NCBI RefSeq assembly: GCF_009914755.1
Contig: NC_060929.1
DNA length: 64,000 bases
Direction: 5' to 3' (one strand)
Origin: the human T2T-CHM13v2.0 reference genome, Homo sapiens
Under the pieces are notes generated by a model. The model was not told the DNA's origin, did no database searches, and saw only the letters and a list, made by a program, of their open reading frames with translations. Below, piece after piece: positions 16,551 to 35,157 of this stretch (its first letter is position 1; the number at the start of each line of letters is the position of its first letter). Position numbers and translations under genes: made by a program.

Positions 16551-19009
16551 TGTGCATATAAATATAGATATCTAGATATTGGAGTATATATTTATACAGA
16601 AAGGGCATAGTAGAGAGAATGCCTAACACTTATGATTAAACATTTTTTAAAATTAAGGGTGCATAATAGTTGTACAAATTTATGGGGTGCATTTGATGCT
16701 TTGATACAGGCATACAGTGTGCAGTGATCAAGTCTGGGTAATTAGGGTACCCATAACCTCAAGCATTTATTATTTCTTTGTGTTAGGAACATTCTAATTT
16801 CACTCCTTTAGTTATTTAAAATATATAATACATTATTTTTAACTATACTTGCCCTATTGTGCTACTAACACTAGATCTTGTTCATTCTATCTAACTCTAT
16901 TTTTGAATGCATTAACCAGCAACTCCTTATTTACCCTCCAATACTACTCTTCCCAATCTCTGGTAGCTATCATTCTACTCTATTTCCATGAGTTCAATTT
17001 TTTTTTTTTTTTTGCTTTTACATGCAATATTGGTGTTTCTGTGCCTGGCTTATTTCACTTAAGATAATATCCTCCACTTTCATCCATGTTGTTGCAAATG
17101 AAATGATTTCATTCTTCTTTATGGCTGAATAATATTCCATTGTGTATTTGTACCATATTTTCTTTGTCCATTCCTCTATTGATGGACGCTTAGGTTGATT
17201 CCATATCTTGGCTATTGTGAGTAGTGCTGCAATAAACATGAGAGGGCAGATCTCTTTGTTATACTAATTTCTTTCTTTTGAATATACCCAGAAGTGAGAT
17301 TGTTGGATCATATGGTAGTTCTATTTTTAGGTTTTTGAAGAACCTTCATGGTGTTCCTCATAGTGGTTGTACTATGTACACTCTGGCCAACAGTATAGGA
17401 GGGTTCCCTTTTCTCCACATCTTCACCAGCATTTGTTACTGCCTGACTTTTGAATATGAGCCATTTTAACTGGAGTGAAATGATATTTCATTATAGTTTT
17501 GGTTTGTATTTCTTTGAGCATTTTTTCTTACACCTATTTGCCATTTGTATGTCTTCTTTTGAGAAATGCCTAGTCAGACCTTTTGCCCATTTTTAATCAG
17601 ATTATTATTATTATTGTTCGCTAGTGAGTGGTCTGAGCTCCTTAGCTTTCCTGTTATTAATCCCCTGTCAGATTGGTGTTTTTCAAATATTTTCTCCCAT
17701 TCTGTGGGTTGTCTGTTCACTTTGTTGATGGTTTCCTTTGCTGTGTCGAGGCTTTTTAACTTGATGTGATCCCATTTGTCCATTTTTGGTTTGGTTGCCT
17801 GTACTTTTGAGGTGTTACTCAGGAAATATTTGCCCAGACCAATGCCTTGGAGTGTTTCCCCAATGTTTTCTTGTAGTAGTTTCATAATTTGAGATCTTAG
17901 ATTTAAATCTTTAATTCGTTTGGATTTTGGTTTTGTATATGGTGAGAGATAGGGGTCTAGTTTCATTCTTCTGCATATGGATATCCAGTTTTCCTGGCAC
18001 CATTTATTGAAGAGACTTTCATTTCCCCAATATATGTTCTTGGTACATTCATCAAAAATGAGTTGAATTTAGATGCATGGATTGATTTTTGGGCTCTCTA
18101 TTCTGTTTCACTGGTTTATGCATCTGTTTTTATCACAGCACCATGATGTTTTGATTACTATAATTCTATAGTATAAAGTCAGGTAATGTAATGCTTCCAG
18201 CTTTGTTCATTTTGCTCAGGATAGCTTTGGCTATTTTGGGTCTTTTGTGGTTCCATATAAATTTTAGAATTGTTTTTCTATTTCTTTAATAACGTATTCA
18301 TTTTGATAGGGATTAAATGGAATCTGTAGATTACTTTGAGTAGTATAGATATTTTAATAATACTGATTCTTCCAATTCATGAACATAAAATATCTTTTCA
18401 TTTTTTTGGTGTGTCCTCTTCAATTTCTTTCATCAATGCTTTATGATTTTCATTGTAAAGATCTTTCATTTATTTGGTCAAGTTAATTCCTAGGTATTTT
18501 ATTTTAATTGTAGCTACTGTAAATGATACTACTTTCTTCATTTCTTTTCAGATTGTTCAGTGTTGGCATATAGAAATACACTGATTTGTGTATGTTGGTT
18601 TTGTATCCTGAAACTTTACTGAATTTGTTTATCAGTTATAATAGTTTTTTTTTGGTGGAATCTTTAGATTGTCCCAAATATAAGATCTTATTATCTGCAG
18701 ACAAAAATAAATTGACTTCTTCCTTTCCAGTTTGTATGCCCTTTCTTTCTTTCTTTTGTTAACTTGCTCTAGCTAGGACTTTAGTACTATGTTGAATAAA
18801 AATGGTGGAAGTAGGCATCCTTATCTTGTTTCAGAACTTAGAGAAGGCTTTTAGATTTTCCCTGTTCTGTATGATACTAGCTGTGGGTTTGTAATATATG
18901 GGTTTTATCATGTTGAAGTATCTTCCACCTACCCAATTTTTTGAAAATGTCTACCATAAACTGATATGAATTTTTTTATGAAAATGGATGCCTTGTGAAA
19001 AATGTTTCT

Positions 19010-19149
19010 CTTATCTTTCTTTCTTTTATAGAGATAGGATTTTGCTATGTTGCCTAGGCTGGTCTTGAACTCCTGGCCTCAAAGGATCCTCCTGCCTCAA
19101 CCTCCCAGAGTGTTGGGATTACAAGCATGAGCCACTGCTGTGCCAGGCC
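19010..19149 (-). mobile_element. FLAM/AluJ left monomer
   Basis: TTGCCTAGGCTGGTCTTGAACTCCTGGCCTCAAAGGATCCTCC forms a single monomer. Confidence 0.85.
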
Positions 19150-21129
19150 TGATGCTGAAGTTTATCAGTTGATTTTTCTTGGCATCTACTAAAATGATCA
19201 TGTGGTTTTTGTCCTTCATTCTGTTGATGTGATGTATCACATATTAAAATTTGCATATGTTGAACCAATCTCACATTTGTGGGATGAATCCTACTTGATC
19301 GTGATAAATGATCTTTTTAATGTGTTGTTGAATTTGGTTTACTAGTATTTGTTGAGAATTTTTGCATTTGTGTTCATTAGGAATATTGGCTTGTAGGTTT
19401 TTTTGTTGTTGTTATTGTAGATTTGTGTGGTTTCCATATTAGTGTAATGCTGGCCTCGTAGAATGAGTTTGAAAGTATTCCCTCCTCCTCACATTTTTGA
19501 TGTAGTTTGAGTATGATTGATATGATTTCTTATTTAAATGTTTGGTAGAATTTAGCAGTGAAGTCATTCGGTCCTGGGCTTGTCTTTGACGGGAGACATT
19601 TTATTACTGTTCTATCTCTTTACTTATTATGGTCTATTCAGGTTTTGGATTTCTTCATGGTTCAAACTTTGCAGGTTGTAATGTGCCTAGGGATTTATCT
19701 GTTTCTACTAGCTTTTCTAATTTATTGGCATATGGTTGTTCACAATAGTTTTTAATGATCGTTTGGATTTCTGTGGTATCAGTTGTAATGTCTGCTTTTT
19801 CATCTCTGGTTTTATTGATTGAGTCTTTTCTGTTTTTTTTCTTAGTTAATATGGCTACAGTTTGTCAATTTTGTCTATCTTTTCACAAAAGATTTTGTTT
19901 ATCTTTTTGTTTCATTGATCATTTATATTTTTAGCCTAAATTATATTTATTTTGCTCTGATATTTATTATTTATTTTCTTCTACTAATTTGGGTTTTCAT
20001 TGCTTTTGTTTTTCTAGTTCTTTAAGATGCATTGTTATATTGTTTATTTGAAGTTTATCTTTTTATGGTATATGTTTGTTGCTTTAAAGTTCCCCCTTAT
20101 TATTGCTTTTGCTGCATCCCAAGAATTTGGTAAATGTGTTTCCATTTTTATTTGTTTCAAAAAACTTTAAAAATTTCTTTCTCAATTCCTTCAGTGATAG
20201 AAAGACGACAGAAAGGATGAAAGAAAAGCACTTTTTGTGTAAAAGTAATTTTCTCTGATAGTATGTTTTAATTTCTTGTTTTTAAAATATCTGTGTATTT
20301 ATTACAGGTTTTTTATTTTTAACATGAGGTTTGCAAATAACATCTTATAACCAAATATTTTAAACTGATGACAAGTTAACTCTGATTACAAGGACGTAAA
20401 ATAAAACAAATAAGCAAAGAGAATACTAAAAAACTCTACATTTTAACTCCATCCTCCTGCTTTTTGACTTTTTGCCGTCTCAATTTATGTATTTTTATAT
20501 TGTCAATCTCTTAAAAAGTTGTAGTTACTAATTTTTGGTAGGTTTGTCTTTTAGTCTTCCTACTAAATATCAGTATTTTACACACTGCAATTATAGTTTT
20601 AAAGTATTCCATATTTGTCTGTGTACTTATTATTATCAGTGATTTAGTTTTATACCTTTAGAGGATTTCTTATTGTTTATTCACATCTTTTTCTTTCAGA
20701 TTGAAGAATTCCCTTTAGTATTTTTTGTAAGACAGATCTGATATTTGACAAAATCTCTCAGCTTTTGTTTTCTGTGAAAGTATTTATTTCTCCTTCATGT
20801 TTGAAGGATAATTTTGCTGGATATATTATTCTAGGTTGAGTTTGTTTTCCTTCAGCACTTTGAATATGTCATTTCACTCTGTCCTAGCTGGTAAGGCTTC
20901 TGCTGAGAAGTCTGCTGCCAGACATATCAGAGCTCCTTCATATGTTATTTGCTTCTTTTCTCTTGTGGCTTTTAGGATTCTTTCTTTATCCTTGCCCTTT
21001 GAGAGTCTGATTATTATATACCTTGAAATCATCTTTTTTGGGTTGAATCTTATTGGTATTCTGTGACCTTCCTGTACCTGGGTATTCTTATCTTTCTCTG
21101 TGTTTGAAAAGTTCCCTGTTATTATTTCT

Positions 21130-23686
<2,557 letters not shown>

Positions 23687-24900
23687 TAAGGCCAACAACT
23701 CTTAGATTTGACCCTTTGAGGCTGTTTTCTAGATCTTGTAGGTATGCTTTCTTCTCTTTTCTGTCTTCTCTGACTGTATTTTCATACAGCCTATCTTCAG
23801 GTTTACTAATTCTTTCTTCTGCTTGATCAATTCTGCTCGCTAAAGACTTTGTGTTTATTTTTCAATTTGTCAATTTAATTTTTAAGCTCCCAAATTTCTG
23901 CTTGATATTTTAAAAAATCAATTACTCTTTGTTAAATTTCTCTGATAGAATTCTGAATTCCTTGTCTGTGTTATCTTGGAGTTTGTTTAGCTTCCTCAAG
24001 ACAGCTATTTTGAATTCCCTGTCTGAAAATTCGTATATCTCTGTCACTCTTTAGTCTGTTTGGTGAGGTCATGTTTTCTTGGATGCTCTTGATCTTTGTG
24101 GACATTAATTGATGTCTAGGCATTGAAGAGCTAGGTGTTTATTACAATCTTTGCAGTTTGGACTTGTTTGCACCCACCCATATTAGGAAGGCTTTCCAAG
24201 TATTCAAAGGGAATTGAGTGTTGTGATCTAAGATTTTGGTCAGTGCAGCCATATCTACATTAGGGGGCACCCCAAGCCCAGTAACGCTGTGACTCTACAA
24301 GAGTCACAGAGGTGCCTCTGTGACAAGAGTCACAGAGACTCCTAGTGGTACCGCTTTGGTGGTGGTTTGGATAAGATCTGAGAGAATTCACTGGATTATC
24401 AGGCAGAGACTCCTGTTCTCTTCCCTTACTTTCCCCCAAACAAATGAAGTCCCTGTGCTGAACTGCCTGGGGTTGGGGAAGGGGTGTCACAAGCACACCT
24501 ATAGCCACCATGACTGGGACCCTGTTGGGTCCAACTTATAACCAGCCCAGGACTGGGTCTTGCTAAAGGTCTGTGGTCACTATTGCCTGGCTAAAGCTGA
24601 TGTTTATCAAGGGCCAAGGGCACTTTAGTCAGGAGGTGATGAGTCTAGCCAGGCTTGTGTCTTTCCCTTCAGGTTAGCAAGTTCTCCTCTGGCCCAGGGT
24701 CGGTGTAGAAATGCTGTTCAGGAGCTAGGGCCTAGAGTCAGGAGCTTTAGGGCTCTTCTTGATGTTTATTTTACTGTGGCTAAGCTAGTACCCAACTTCT
24801 AAGACTTAAGTCCTCTGTATTCTTCCCTCTCTTTTCCCCAAGTAGGAATCTCTCCCCAAGCTGCACTGCCAAGAATTCTGGGAGGGGTGACATGAGTAAT

Positions 24901-25164
24901 CTCTTAGCTGCCACAGCTGGTGTTACACTGGGTCACATGCACCCCAAGTCCCATTGCCTCTGAGATTAGTGCAGCACCAGGCCTTGCCCAAGGACTGTAG
25001 TCCTTTGGGCAGATGGCCACTCAGTTTTATTCTCTTACCTGCCACAGCTGGTATAACACTGGGTCACATGCACCCCAAGTCTTATTGCCTCTGAGACTAG
25101 TGCAGCACCAGGCCTTGCCCAAGGACAGTAGTCCTTTTCGCCAGATGGCCACTCAGTTTTATTC
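24901..25164. repeat. 131-bp tandem duplication within the L1M 5' region
   Basis: CTCTTA[G/C]CTGCCACAGCTGG...GATGGCCACTCAGTTTTATT starts at 24901 and again at 25032, with a few mismatches. Confidence 0.92.
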
Positions 25165-25603
25165 CAGGCCCTAGGTCACTTTAGTCAGCCAGTGGTGGAA
25201 CCAGCTGTGATCTGGGTTCCTCCTGCTGGGGCTGAGAGTTTCCCTCTGGCCCAGGGCTGGTCTAAATGTTTCCTGTCAATACCAGCAAAGCTCTCTGCCT
25301 TGCATTGTGTTTTGCTATGACAGGTAGCACTGAGTTCCAATGCAAAGTTCAACACTGACTTCACTCTGGTTTCCCAAAGCATAGTAATTATCTGGACTGT
25401 GCTGCCACGAAATGATGGAAGGGTGGTATAGGCAATGCAAGACTGCCTTTCCTACCTTCTTTAATGCCTCTTTCCTTGATATTTTGTTAAAAGCAGGTAC
25501 AGCAATCACTCACTTTTTTTTTTTTTTTTTTGGTTCTTATGAGGATGCTTTCTTGTGTAGATAGTTGTTCAATTTGGTGTTCCTGCAGGGGGGTGATCGC
25601 TAG

Positions 25604-25961
<358 letters not shown>

Positions 25962-25968
25962 TTAATAC

Positions 25969-26548
25969 TGAAGCAACCATACGACCAAGCAGCAGGTATA
26001 TACCATGGGATATATACCTGGGGGTTTATTGTTGTGTGCTGAGAAAGAATTCAGGACACGGACACATGTGGGTGGGTTAAGGAGTGGAAATGATAGACAC
26101 AAGAAAGGGGAGAGGAGAGAAGCGGACTGCAGCAAATTTTATAGGCAGGCTGGAGATGATGGTGTCTGATGTATGTAGGGCTCACAGATTGGTTCTATCA
26201 GATATGATGTCTACATAGTGCACAGGGAAGGCTGGTGGCCCCACCCTAATATTATTATGCAAATGGACTTTCCAGTTGATCAGTGCCATCTTGTCTGCTC
26301 TTTACTATACTCTTGGCTGACAAAGAAGAAGGAAGATGAAGCCGCCATTTTGAACACGTCTAGTCCCTAGTTGCTGCTGGCCTTGACCCAGGCAAGCTCC
26401 CAGCTTGCTTATCTGTGTCTGCAGCCTGATTTTACAGAAAATGATGTGGGGCTGCTTTTCATTAAAAAAAAAAAAAAAGAAAAGCCTTACCGAGGGCTCT
26501 CATGCTCTTGCTATTAGCCTAAGTAATTCCTTCTTAACTCCTATATCA
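25969..26548 (-). mobile_element. ERV1 solo LTR (LTR9/MER61-like)
   Basis: TG...CA termini and a 4-bp TSD ATAC (25965-25968, 26549-26552). The minus strand begins TGATATAGGAGTTAAGAAG. Octamer ATGCAAAT at 26257-26264. Confidence 0.85.
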
Positions 26549-27742
26549 ATACTATCAGATTTAAAGTGATATTTTCATTTCAAATTTTAAATTTTAAAAA
26601 AAATGAAATTAAGGAAATATCAATTAGATTTAATTTTTTTGGATCAGAAAAGCTTGTTTGTCATAATTGATTTTATTTTATTTTTTATTTTTTTATTTTT
26701 TATTATACTTTAAGTTCTAGGGTAGGTTGCCATGTTGGTGTCCTGCACCCATTAACTCATCATTTACATTAGGTATATCCCCTAATGCTATGCCCTCCCT
26801 CCTCCCCCTACCCCACGACAGGCCCCAGCATGTGATGTTCCCCTTCCTGTGTCCATGTGTTCTCATTGTTCAATTCCCACCTATCAGTGAGAACATGCAG
26901 TGTTTGTTTTTTTTTCTTTGTGACAGTTTGCTGAGAATGATGGTTTCCAGCTTCATCCATGTCCCTACAAACGACATGAACTCATCCTTTTTTATGGCTG
27001 CATAGTATTCCATGGTGTATATGTGCCACATTTTCTTATTCCAGTCTATCATTGATGGACATTTGGGTTGGTTCCAAGTCTTTGCTATTGTGAATAGTGC
27101 TGCAGTAAACATACATGTGCATGTGTCTTTATAGCAACATGATTTATAATCCTTTGAGTATATACCCAGTAATGGGATGGCTGGGTCAAATGGTATTTCT
27201 AGTTCTAGATCCTTGAGGAATCACCACACTTTCTTCCACAATGGATGAACTAGTTTACAGTCCCACCGACAGTGTAAAAGTGTTCCTATTTCTCCACATC
27301 CTCTCCAGCACCTGTTGTTTCCTGACTGTTGAATGATCGGTGTTCTGACTGGTGTGAGATGGTATCTCATTGTGGTTTTGATTTGCATTTCTCTGATGTC
27401 CAGTGATGATGAGCATTTTTTCATGTGTCTTTTGGCTGCATAAATGTCTTCTTTTGAGAAGTGTCTGTTCATGTCCTTTGCCCACTTTTTGATGGGGTTG
27501 TTTGTTTTTTTCTTGTAAATTTGTTTGAGTTCTTTGTAGAATCTGGATAGTAGCCCTTTGTCAGATGAGTAGGTTGCAAAACTTTTCTCCCATTCTGTAG
27601 GTTGCCTCTTCACTCTGATGGTAGTTTCTTTTGCTGTGCAGAAACTCTTGAGTTTAATTAGATCCCATTTGTCAATTGTGGCTTCTGTTGCCATTGCTTT
27701 TGCTGTTTTAGACATGCAGTCCTTGCCCATGCCTATGTCCTA

Positions 27743-29304
<1,562 letters not shown>

Positions 29305-29448
29305 GTATTATTTCTGAGGACTCTGTTCTGTTCCATTGGTCTATATCTCTGTTTTGGTACCAGTACCATGCTGTTGTGGTTACTGTAGCCTTGTAGTATA
29401 GTTTGAAGTCAGGTAGCATGATGCCTCCAGCTTTGTTCTTTTGGCTTA

Positions 29449-29565
<117 letters not shown>

Positions 29566-30438
29566 TTACCTTGGGCAGTATGGCTATTTTCATATTCTTC
29601 CTATCCATGAGCATAGAATGTTCTTCCATTTGTTTGTGTCCTCTTTTATTTCATTGAGCAGTGGTTTGTAGTTCTGCTTGAAGAGGTCCTTCACAGCCTT
29701 TGAAATGTAGGTTGGATTCCTAGGTATTTTATTGTCTTTGAAGCAATTGTGAATGGGAGTTCATTCGTGATTGGGCTCTCTGTTTGTCTGTTGTTGGTAT
29801 ATAAGAATGCTTGTGATTCTTGCACATTGATTTTGTATCCTGAGACTTTGTGGAAGTTGCTTATCAGCTTAAGGAGATTTTTGGCTGAGATGATGGGGTT
29901 TTCTAGATATACAATCATGTCATCTGCAAACAGGGACAATTTGACTTCCTCTTTTCCTAATTGAATACCCTTTATTTCTTTCTCCTGCCTAATTGCCCTG
30001 GCCAGAACTTCCAACACTATGTTGAATAGGAGTGGTGAGAGAGGGCATCCCTCTCTTGTGCCAGTTTTCAAAGGAAATGCTTCCAGTTTTTGCCCATTCA
30101 GTATGATATTGGCTATGGGTTTGTCACAAATAGTTATTATTGTTTTGAGATAGGTCCCATCAATACCTAATTTATTGAGAGTTTTTAGCACGAAGGGCTG
30201 TTGAATTTTGTCAAAGGCCTTTTCTGCATCTATTGAGATAATCACATGGTTTTTGTCATTGGTCCTGTTTATATGCTGGATTACATTTATTGATTTGCAT
30301 TTATTGAAACAGCCTTGCATCCCAGGGATGAAGCCCACTTGATCATGGTGGCTAAGCGTTTAGATGTGCTGCTGGATTCAGTTTGCCAGTATTTTATTGA
30401 GGATTTTTGCATCGATGTTCATCAGGGATATTGGTCTA

Positions 30439-30531
<93 letters not shown>

Positions 30532-33500
30532 TTAGAATAGTTTCAGAAGGAATGGTACCATCTCCTCTTTGTACCTGTGGTAGAATTTGGCTGTGAATCC
30601 TTCTGGTCCTGGAGTTTTTTTGGTTGTAGCCTATTAATTATTGCCTCAGTTTCAGAGCCTGTTATTGGTCTATTCAGGGATTCAACTTCTTCCTGGTTTA
30701 GTTTTGGCAGGGTGTATGTTTCCAGGAATTTATCCATTTCTTCTAGATTTTCTAGTTTATTTGCATGGAGGTGTTTATAGTATTCTCTGATGTTAGTTTA
30801 TATTTCTGTGGGATCGGTGGTGATATCCCCTATATCATTTTTTATTGCATCTATTTGATTCTTCTCTCTTTTCTTTTTTATTAATCTTGCTAGTGGTCTA
30901 TGAATTTTGTTGATCTTTTCAAAAAACCAGCACCTGGATTCACTGATTTTTTGAAGGATTTTTTGTGTCTCTATCTCCTTCAGTTCTGCTCTGATCTTAG
31001 TTATTTCTTGCCTTCTGCTAGCTTTTGAATGTGTTTGCCCTTGCTTCTCTAGTCCTTTTAATTGTGATGTTAGAATGTCAATTTTAGATCTTTCCTGCTT
31101 TCTCTTGTGGGCATTTAGTGCCATAATTTTCCCTCTACACACTGCTTTAAATGTGTCCCAGAGATTCTGGTATGTTGTGTCTTTATTCTCACTGGTTTCA
31201 AAGAACATCTTTATTTCTGCCTTCATTTTGTTAGATGCCCAGTAGTCATTCAGGAGAGGTTGTTCTGTTTCCATGTAGTTGAACAATTTTGAGTGAGTTT
31301 CTTAATCCTGAGTTCTAGTTTGATTGCACTGTGGTCTGAGAGATGGTTTGTTATAATTTCTATTCTTTTACATTTGCTGAGGAGTGCTTTACTTCCACCT
31401 ATATGGTCAATTTTGGAATAAGTGTGATGTGGTGCTGAGAAGAATGTATGTTCTATTGATTTGGGGTGGAGAGTTCTGTAGATGTCTGTTAGGTCTGCTT
31501 GGTGCAGAGTTGAGTTCAATTCCTGGATATCCTTGTTAACTTTCTGTCTCGTTGATCTGTGTAATGTTGACAGTGGGGTGTTAATGTCTCCCGTTATTAT
31601 TGTGTGGGAGTCCAAGTCTCTTTGTAGGTCTCTAAGGACTTGCTTTATGAATCTGGGTGCCCCTGTATTGGGTGCATAGATATTTAGGATAGTTAGCTCT
31701 TGTTGAATTGATCCCTTTACCGTTATGTGATGGCCTTCTTTGACTCTTTTGATCTTGGTTGTTTAAAGTCTGTTTTATCAGAGACTAGGATTGCAATCCC
31801 TGCTTTTTTTTGTTTTCCATTTGCTTGGTAGATCTTCTTCCATCCCTGTATTTTCAGCCTATGTGTGTCTCTGCATGTGAGGTGGATCTCCTGAATACAG
31901 CACACTGATGAGTCTTGACTCTTTATCCAATTTGCCAGTCTGTGTGTTTTAATGGGACCATTTAGCCCATTTACATTTAAGGTTAATATTGTTATGTGTG
32001 AATTTGTTCCTGTCATGATGATGTTAGCTGGTTATTTTGCTCGTTAGTTGATGCAGTTTTTTCCTACCATTGATGGTCTTTACAATTTGGCATGTTTTTG
32101 CAGTGGCTGGTACCAGTTGTTCCTTTCCATGTTTAGGGCTTCCTTCAGGAGGTCTTGTAGGGCAGGGCTGGTGGTGACAAAATCTCTCAGCATTTGCTTG
32201 TCTGTAAAGTATTTTATTTCTCCTTCACTTATGAAGCTTAGTTTGGCTGGATATGAAATCTGGGTTGAAAATTCTTTACTTTAAGAATGTTGAATATTGT
32301 CCCCCACTCTCTTCTGGCTTGTAGAGTTTCTGCCGAGAGATCCGCTGTTAGTCTGATGGGCTTCCCTTTGTGGTTAACCCGACCTTTCTCTCTGGCTGCC
32401 CTTAACATTTTTTCCTTTATTTCAACTTTGGTGAATGTGACAATTATGTGTCTTGGAGTTGCTCTTTTTGAGAAGTATCTTTGTGGCATTCTCTTTATTT
32501 CCTGAATTTGAATGTTGGCCTGCCTTGCTAGGTTGGGGAAGTTCTCCTAGATCATATCCTGCCGAGTGTTTTCCAACTTGGTTCCATTCTCCCTGTCACT
32601 TTCAGGTACACCAATCAGACATAGATTTATTTTTTTCAAATAGTCCCATATTTCTTGGAGGCTTTGTTCATTTATTTTTACTCTTTTTTCTCTAAACTTC
32701 TCTTCTTGCTTCATTTGATTAATTTGATCTTCAATCACTGATACCCTTTCTTCTAGTTGATTGAATTGGCTACTGAAGCTGTGCATTCATCACGTAGTTC
32801 TCATGCCATGGTTTTCAGCTCCATCAGGTCATTTGAGGACTTCTCTACACTGGTTATTCTAGTTAGCCAGTCGTCTAATCTTTTTTCAAGGTTTTTATCT
32901 TCTTTGTGATGGGTTCGAACTTCCTCCTTTAGCTTGGAGAAGTTTGATCGTCTGAAGCCTTCTCTCAACTCATCAAAGTCATTCTCCATCCAGCTTTGTT
33001 CTGTTGCTGGCGAGGAGCTGTGTTCCTTTGGAGGGGGAGAGGCACTCAATTTTTAGAATTTTCAGCTTTTCTGCTCTGTTTTATCCCCATCTTTGTGATT
33101 TTATCTACCTTTGATCTTTGGTGATGGTGACGTACAGATGGGGTTTTGGTGTGGATGTCCTTTCTGTTTGTTAGTTTTCCTTCTAACAGTCAGTATCCTC
33201 AACTGCAGGTCTGTTGGAGTTTGCTGGAGGTCCACTCCAGACACTGTTTGCCTAGATATCAGCAGCGGAGTCTGCAGAACAGCGAATATTGCTGAACAGC
33301 AAATGTTTCTGCCTGATCGTTCCTCTGAAAGCTTCATCTCAGAGGGGTACCTGGCTGTGTGAGTTATCAGTCTTCCCCTACTGGAGGGTGCCTCCCAGTT
33401 AGGCTACTTGGGGGTCAGGTACCGACTTGAGGAGGCAGTCTGTCCATTCTCCGATCTCAAAAAAGTGCTGGGAGAACCACTACTCTCTTCAAAGCTGTCA

Positions 33501-33664
33501 GACAAGGACATTTTAGTCTGCAGAAGTTTCTGCTGCCTTTTGTTCAGCTATGCCCTGCCCACAGAGGTGGACTCTATAGAGGCAGGCAGGCCTCCTTGAG
33601 CTGAGGTGGGCTCCACCCAGTTTGAGCTTCACAGCTGCTTTGTTTACCTACTCAAGCCTCAGCA

Positions 33665-33847
33665 ATGGTGGACGCCCCTCCCCCAGCCTCGCTGCCACCT
33701 TGCAGTTCGATCTCAGACTGCTGTGCTAGCAATGAGCAAGGCTCTGTGGACGTGGGACCCTCGGAGCTATGCGCAGCATATAATCTCCTGGTGTGCCTTT
33801 TGCTAAGACCATTGGAAAAGTGCAGTATTAAGGTGGGAGTAACCTGA
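33665..33847 (+). pseudogene. L1 ORF0 homologue (antisense ORF in the L1 5' UTR), prematurely terminated
   Basis: MVDAPPPASLPPCSSISDCCASN matches recalled ORF0 (MAGAPPPASLPPCSLISDCCASN). TGA at 33845. Confidence 0.85.
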
Positions 33848-34519
33848 TTTTCCAGGTGCCATCTGTCACAGCTTCCCTTGGCTGGAAAGGGAATTCCCTG
33901 ACCCCTTGCACTTCCTGGGTGAGACGATGCCTCACCCTGCTTTGGCTCACGCTCGGTGGGCTGCACCCACTGTCCTGCACCCACTGTCCGACAAGTCCCC
34001 ATGAGATGAACCAGGTACCTCAGTTGGAAATGCAGAAATCACCCGTCTTCTGTGTCACTCACACTGGGAGCTGTAGACTGGAGCTGTTCCTATTTGGCCA
34101 TCTTCGAAACACCTCTGAAAATATTAATTTTAATGAAAATTTAAACTATTATGTTTATATCAAAAAGATGGGCTGGGTATTCAATACTTTATTTCCAAAA
34201 TATATAACTGTTGACAAAATGTAAAACTTTTAGGCTTTTGAAATGGTGAGTTTCATATGAATGTATGTTTGAGAGTTTTCTCAAACTATTTAGAAATTTC
34301 TCCAAACCCAGATTTTTGGCTAGGTAGACTTATGCTTAGATGCTGGTATGTTACTATTGTGTCACTGAAGAACCATAGATATCTTTTGAAAAAATTACAA
34401 TAACATTCAATATGGAACCTTTTGATATATATAAAGCACATTTCTTTTCAAGTATTTTCTTCTTAATGTAGTTTCTTAAGAAGGGGGTTATTTATTTTGG
34501 AGAACTTTTGTCTTAGAGT

Positions 34520-34835
34520 GGATTAGCTGAAATTAGACATCAAGATAGAGAATTGCATGTAGAAGATGTATTGGTGAGTGCTCTTGGGAAAGAGATCTGT
34601 AAGGAAGTGAGCGATCTCAAATTGGGCAGGGTGGAGTATCCTTGAACTGCATTGGCTCTTCAGAGTATTTACAAACTGGGGCAAGAGACTTGGTGTTTAT
34701 ATCTTAAGATTATTGGGTGAGGCAGTTCTCTGTGGCCAAGGGCTGTATCAGCAGAGGGGCATTCATAGCTGGGCTGGGAATGGCTGGACCTGACCCTGAA
34801 GAAAGATCAGGGTGGACTACCACAGTATCCACTGT
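34520..34835. mobile_element. Degenerate MLT1-like LTR fragment
   Basis: Loose similarity only (ATGTATTGGTGAGTGCTCTTGGGA...CTGTAAGGAAGTGAG). Confidence 0.4.
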
Positions 34836-35066
34836 AGTTTGTCTCCAACTGTTGCTTATTTCTTAGTTGAAACAAAACTTTTATGTCATGTCTTAAAGCC
34901 TTGCTCCTGAGTTAACAGGCATGGACACAAATAGCCTCACAAAGACAAAAATGTGAATTTAAGGGGTGGGAAAATGGTTGTGGGAATGGATGTGGGGACA
35001 ACAAAGGCATTATCATACTCACAAGAAATATGTATTTTACAAAATATGTTTAATATTTAAAATGGA

Positions 35067-35157
35067 GAGCTAGTCTTGAACTCCTGGGCTCAAGTGAACC
35101 TCCCACCTCAGCGTCTCAAAGTGCTGGGGTTACAGGTGTGAGCCACCATGCCCAGAC
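35067..35157 (-). mobile_element. AluJ/FLAM fragment
   Basis: GTCTTGAACTCCTGGGCTCAAGTGA...GTGAGCCACCATGCCCAG. Confidence 0.85.
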
